This document shows, one piece after another, positions 61,230-64,000 of a DNA stretch of 64,000 nucleotides. The DNA is taken from positions 78,122,001 through 78,186,000 of the forward strand of contig OZ076409.1 in NCBI GenBank assembly GCA_964187785.1. Direction: 5' to 3'. A program made the position numbers and the translations under genes. The first letter of the stretch is position 1, and each line of letters opens with the position of its first letter. The notes under the pieces are model-generated. The model was not told where the DNA came from. It saw nothing but the letters and a program-made list of their open reading frames with translations, and did not search any database. This DNA is from Amphiscolops sp. MND2022 (lineage: Eukaryota).

Positions 61230-61932
61230 TCAACTGTTCTCGCCACTAGTTTCGAATATCATGTACTTCTCAAAGAACTTTTCGCCCAAAAACGAATGAC
61301 AGTAGTAAAACTTTAGTTGCTCTAAGCAGGAAATCAACTCAGTTTCTCTACTTTTGCAGCTGGAAGCCAGTTTGTCAATCTTTGTCAATATTGGCTCGCA
61401 TTCTTCATCTGGGAAAAGACAAGCAATGATGTCCAATTCAATCAACAGGTTTTAAAACTTTGAAAATAGTTCAGATTTTCGACAGTAAAATCAAAACTCG
61501 AATTCAACAGATTAATACACTGCTGTGGATAAGCACTAAAACTTATTTTTTTTCAATTCCGGCACACTCAAGAGCGGTAGAATGCAACTTCGTTTTTGGG
61601 GCCTAATACTGTTTTAAAAATATTTGAATCAACTGGACATCACTGTGACGAAGCAGAAACTTCCGAGGTTTTTCGGAGAAAAAACGTTTTTCAAGCTCGA
61701 CAACCAGTCCCAAGAACTTAGTTTGTTCAGCTGAAACATCTTTTATCGTAGCTTCGAGCATTGTAATATGACGAACAAGATCTCGCTTTTGAGCAGTCAA
61801 TTTTTCCAGACGCCCAATTCGCAAATCCTTATTCTCAGCTGTAAAGAAAGATTTTCTAGAAAGTCTTGTTTTGGGGTTCCATATCACTCGAGGCAGTTTC
61901 CTGTGTGGTTTCTCATGGACCATCTGAAACAA
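61230..61932 (-). other. Possible coding exons of an unidentified coiled-coil protein
   Basis: Two protein-like ORFs (61603-61932, 61230-61445); no consistent splice model or family recognised. Confidence 0.2.
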
Positions 61933-64000
61933 GTCTACTGTATCAAACAGCAGAAATCAATACTACACTCAAGAACAGTATCGGCCACATTGTTAGAGTA
62001 CTGAAGCTGAATCATCGCCAATGTAATACCTACACCCATTTGGCGACTACTGTATCTCCCTTGTCGCGACTTGACGACATGGAGTTTATACAGAGGTACT
62101 AGTATCTGAGTTTTGGGATGTAATTTCGTTTTTTCGATACACCTGAACTAGCTGCTACCGCGGCAGTGACTTCGCAGGGGCGAATTTGCCATACGTCGTC
62201 GAAGGGCATGCCCACAGACTGTGGGCGTCGGAACGCTATGTGGCGTTGTACTAATGTGATATGGTAACGGATATGTGTATTGGTTGAAATAGTGGTGAGA
62301 AGAACAAACGACTTCATCAATTTCAATGAAATATAAAAGTATTATACGGTTGTTTATTTAAAAGTCTAAATACGTGTTAAGATAGTTAATTTCGTCGGGA
62401 GTGTGATCTTTCGATGACATTTATTTGGCAAACGCACCTTCACGTCATCTCTCAGAAGCGGACAGAATGAAGGCACTTAAAGACATGAAAAAACCAAAAA
62501 ACAAAAGACTTGTGTGTAAATTCTATCATAACATCTCGAATACCCCTCGCCATATACACTAAGCGAACGCCACAAAAGGGACACCACGCATACATGTTCA
62601 AAACATGCCTACTGTCCTTTCTGAACATTTTCGACGGCGTTATTGATATAAAAAGTATTAGTTTTACACTATTGTAGTCACATATCAAACTATTCTCAAA
62701 TGATCATAACTCAACGTCAAGTTAAGATAAAGGAAAGTTTTAGACGTTATTTACCTCATCTAATAAGTGCATTCCGCAGTCATTCACTTGCTATCTTTGT
62801 TATGTGGACGTTTCATCATTTTCGAAGACCGGAAAATTTTGAACAAAATTGTAAACGTTTTAAGTCATGCCTTTGTTCACTGGGTATTACAATCGAACGT
62901 AATTCCGGCAAAAGAGTCGAATGGTTTTGTTCTGCAGAAATAGAAGCTGAAGTAAAAACTCATGTATGTACCAGAAACAATTTTAGTCCTTCTTCGCTTC
63001 AGGAGTTACATACAATGTTACAAAAGTTTGAAAGTTGGACGTATTTGGCTTTTCGAAAGTACATTCTCATCTCCCCCGATGGGGATATGGAATGTACTTA
63101 AGTGTTTCTTGTTATCTGATGATTAAGATTGGACATATAAGATTGGAGATTTCGATGAAACTAAGGTTCCATTTACGTATTATCACATCTGAACCTTTTA
63201 GGAAGCTCACATTCAAAACATCAAGTAAATTTATAATCGCTAATTAAAAATAAATGGACATGGTATTTATCTGGAATGATTCGCTTCTTATATGGAACAT
63301 GATTATTTATGGTATGGTTTTCTTGCCAATAAAGACTTTTTTTAAATTATTACTCAAACGATTGGCAGTACCTGGTTTGGTATACTCTGCGTTGATAGAA
63401 CGCCAAGAAACTGTGTTTTGGATGGTTTTTCGGGCATTTTAATAGTTTTTAGTTCTACTTTTTTGTGCTATTTAGCTTTATTTTTCATGGGTTTAAGATA
63501 TTTTTTAAACTGTTAAAAATGTTTTCTAAGTATGATTCCGATATACTATAATGCGGATAGAGTGGATCAGTATGTAATAGTTTTCTGTGCTACTAACATA
63601 CGGCAAATGGAGTCCTTCTGAATTTTATTAGAACAAGCTACGTTTTTTCAACCAAAAAAGTCGACTTTTTCAAATAATGTTCAAATAAGGTTCAAACTCG
63701 GATTTCTGAGGTCTAAGAAGCAGGGGTACGTGGATTCGAGTCTCGCAATGAACCAAAAAGTAGGGGAAGACCAAAGTTCCCTTTATATGATTCATTGCAA
63801 CTTTTTTCAGATTTCTTTTTTATTGGATCAGATATCATGGATCTTCGTCATCAATAAAGTGCCATGTGTATCATCATGTTGGGGGGAGAGGACACACATC
63901 CGTGGTCTGCAATGAAAGTAGGGAACCCCATAGCAGCCACTATCCCAGTAGAAAAAAACCAATTTTCTCAAACCTAAACTCCCTCCCTCGGTTTTCACCA

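Overview
AT-rich eukaryotic (invertebrate animal) genomic DNA dominated by mobile elements. (1) ~747-13669 is a decayed Polinton/Maverick (endogenous adintovirus-like element). On the minus strand it carries an adenain-like protease (truncated), major capsid protein, a GxG-motif basic protein, a retroviral-like integrase, conserved Polinton ORFs, a packaging ATPase, a small membrane protein and a DEDD-like nuclease. On the plus strand it carries a protein-primed DNA polymerase B with N-terminal C2H2 zinc fingers and an internal VSR-like nuclease. The right end is ...ACTACTACT; the left end is cut inside the protease and abuts a ~100-copy (AGT)n tract. (2) Host genes: a netrin with a single-exon CDS (19249-21174, -), a six-exon coiled-coil/acidic protein gene (27660-39434, -), LSM10 (58933-59289, -) and several unresolved exon candidates. 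(3) Other elements: a full-length decayed Ty3/Gypsy LTR element (39534-44925), an IS630/Tc1-like element (36264-37650), a hAT element (45796-47701), Helentron/DINE-like non-autonomous elements carrying a tRNA-derived segment, nested hAT and MULE-type MITEs, a ~104-bp satellite array with higher-order structure (49850-54197), and microsatellites. All calls come from reading the sequence and recalling family motifs; no database search was run.
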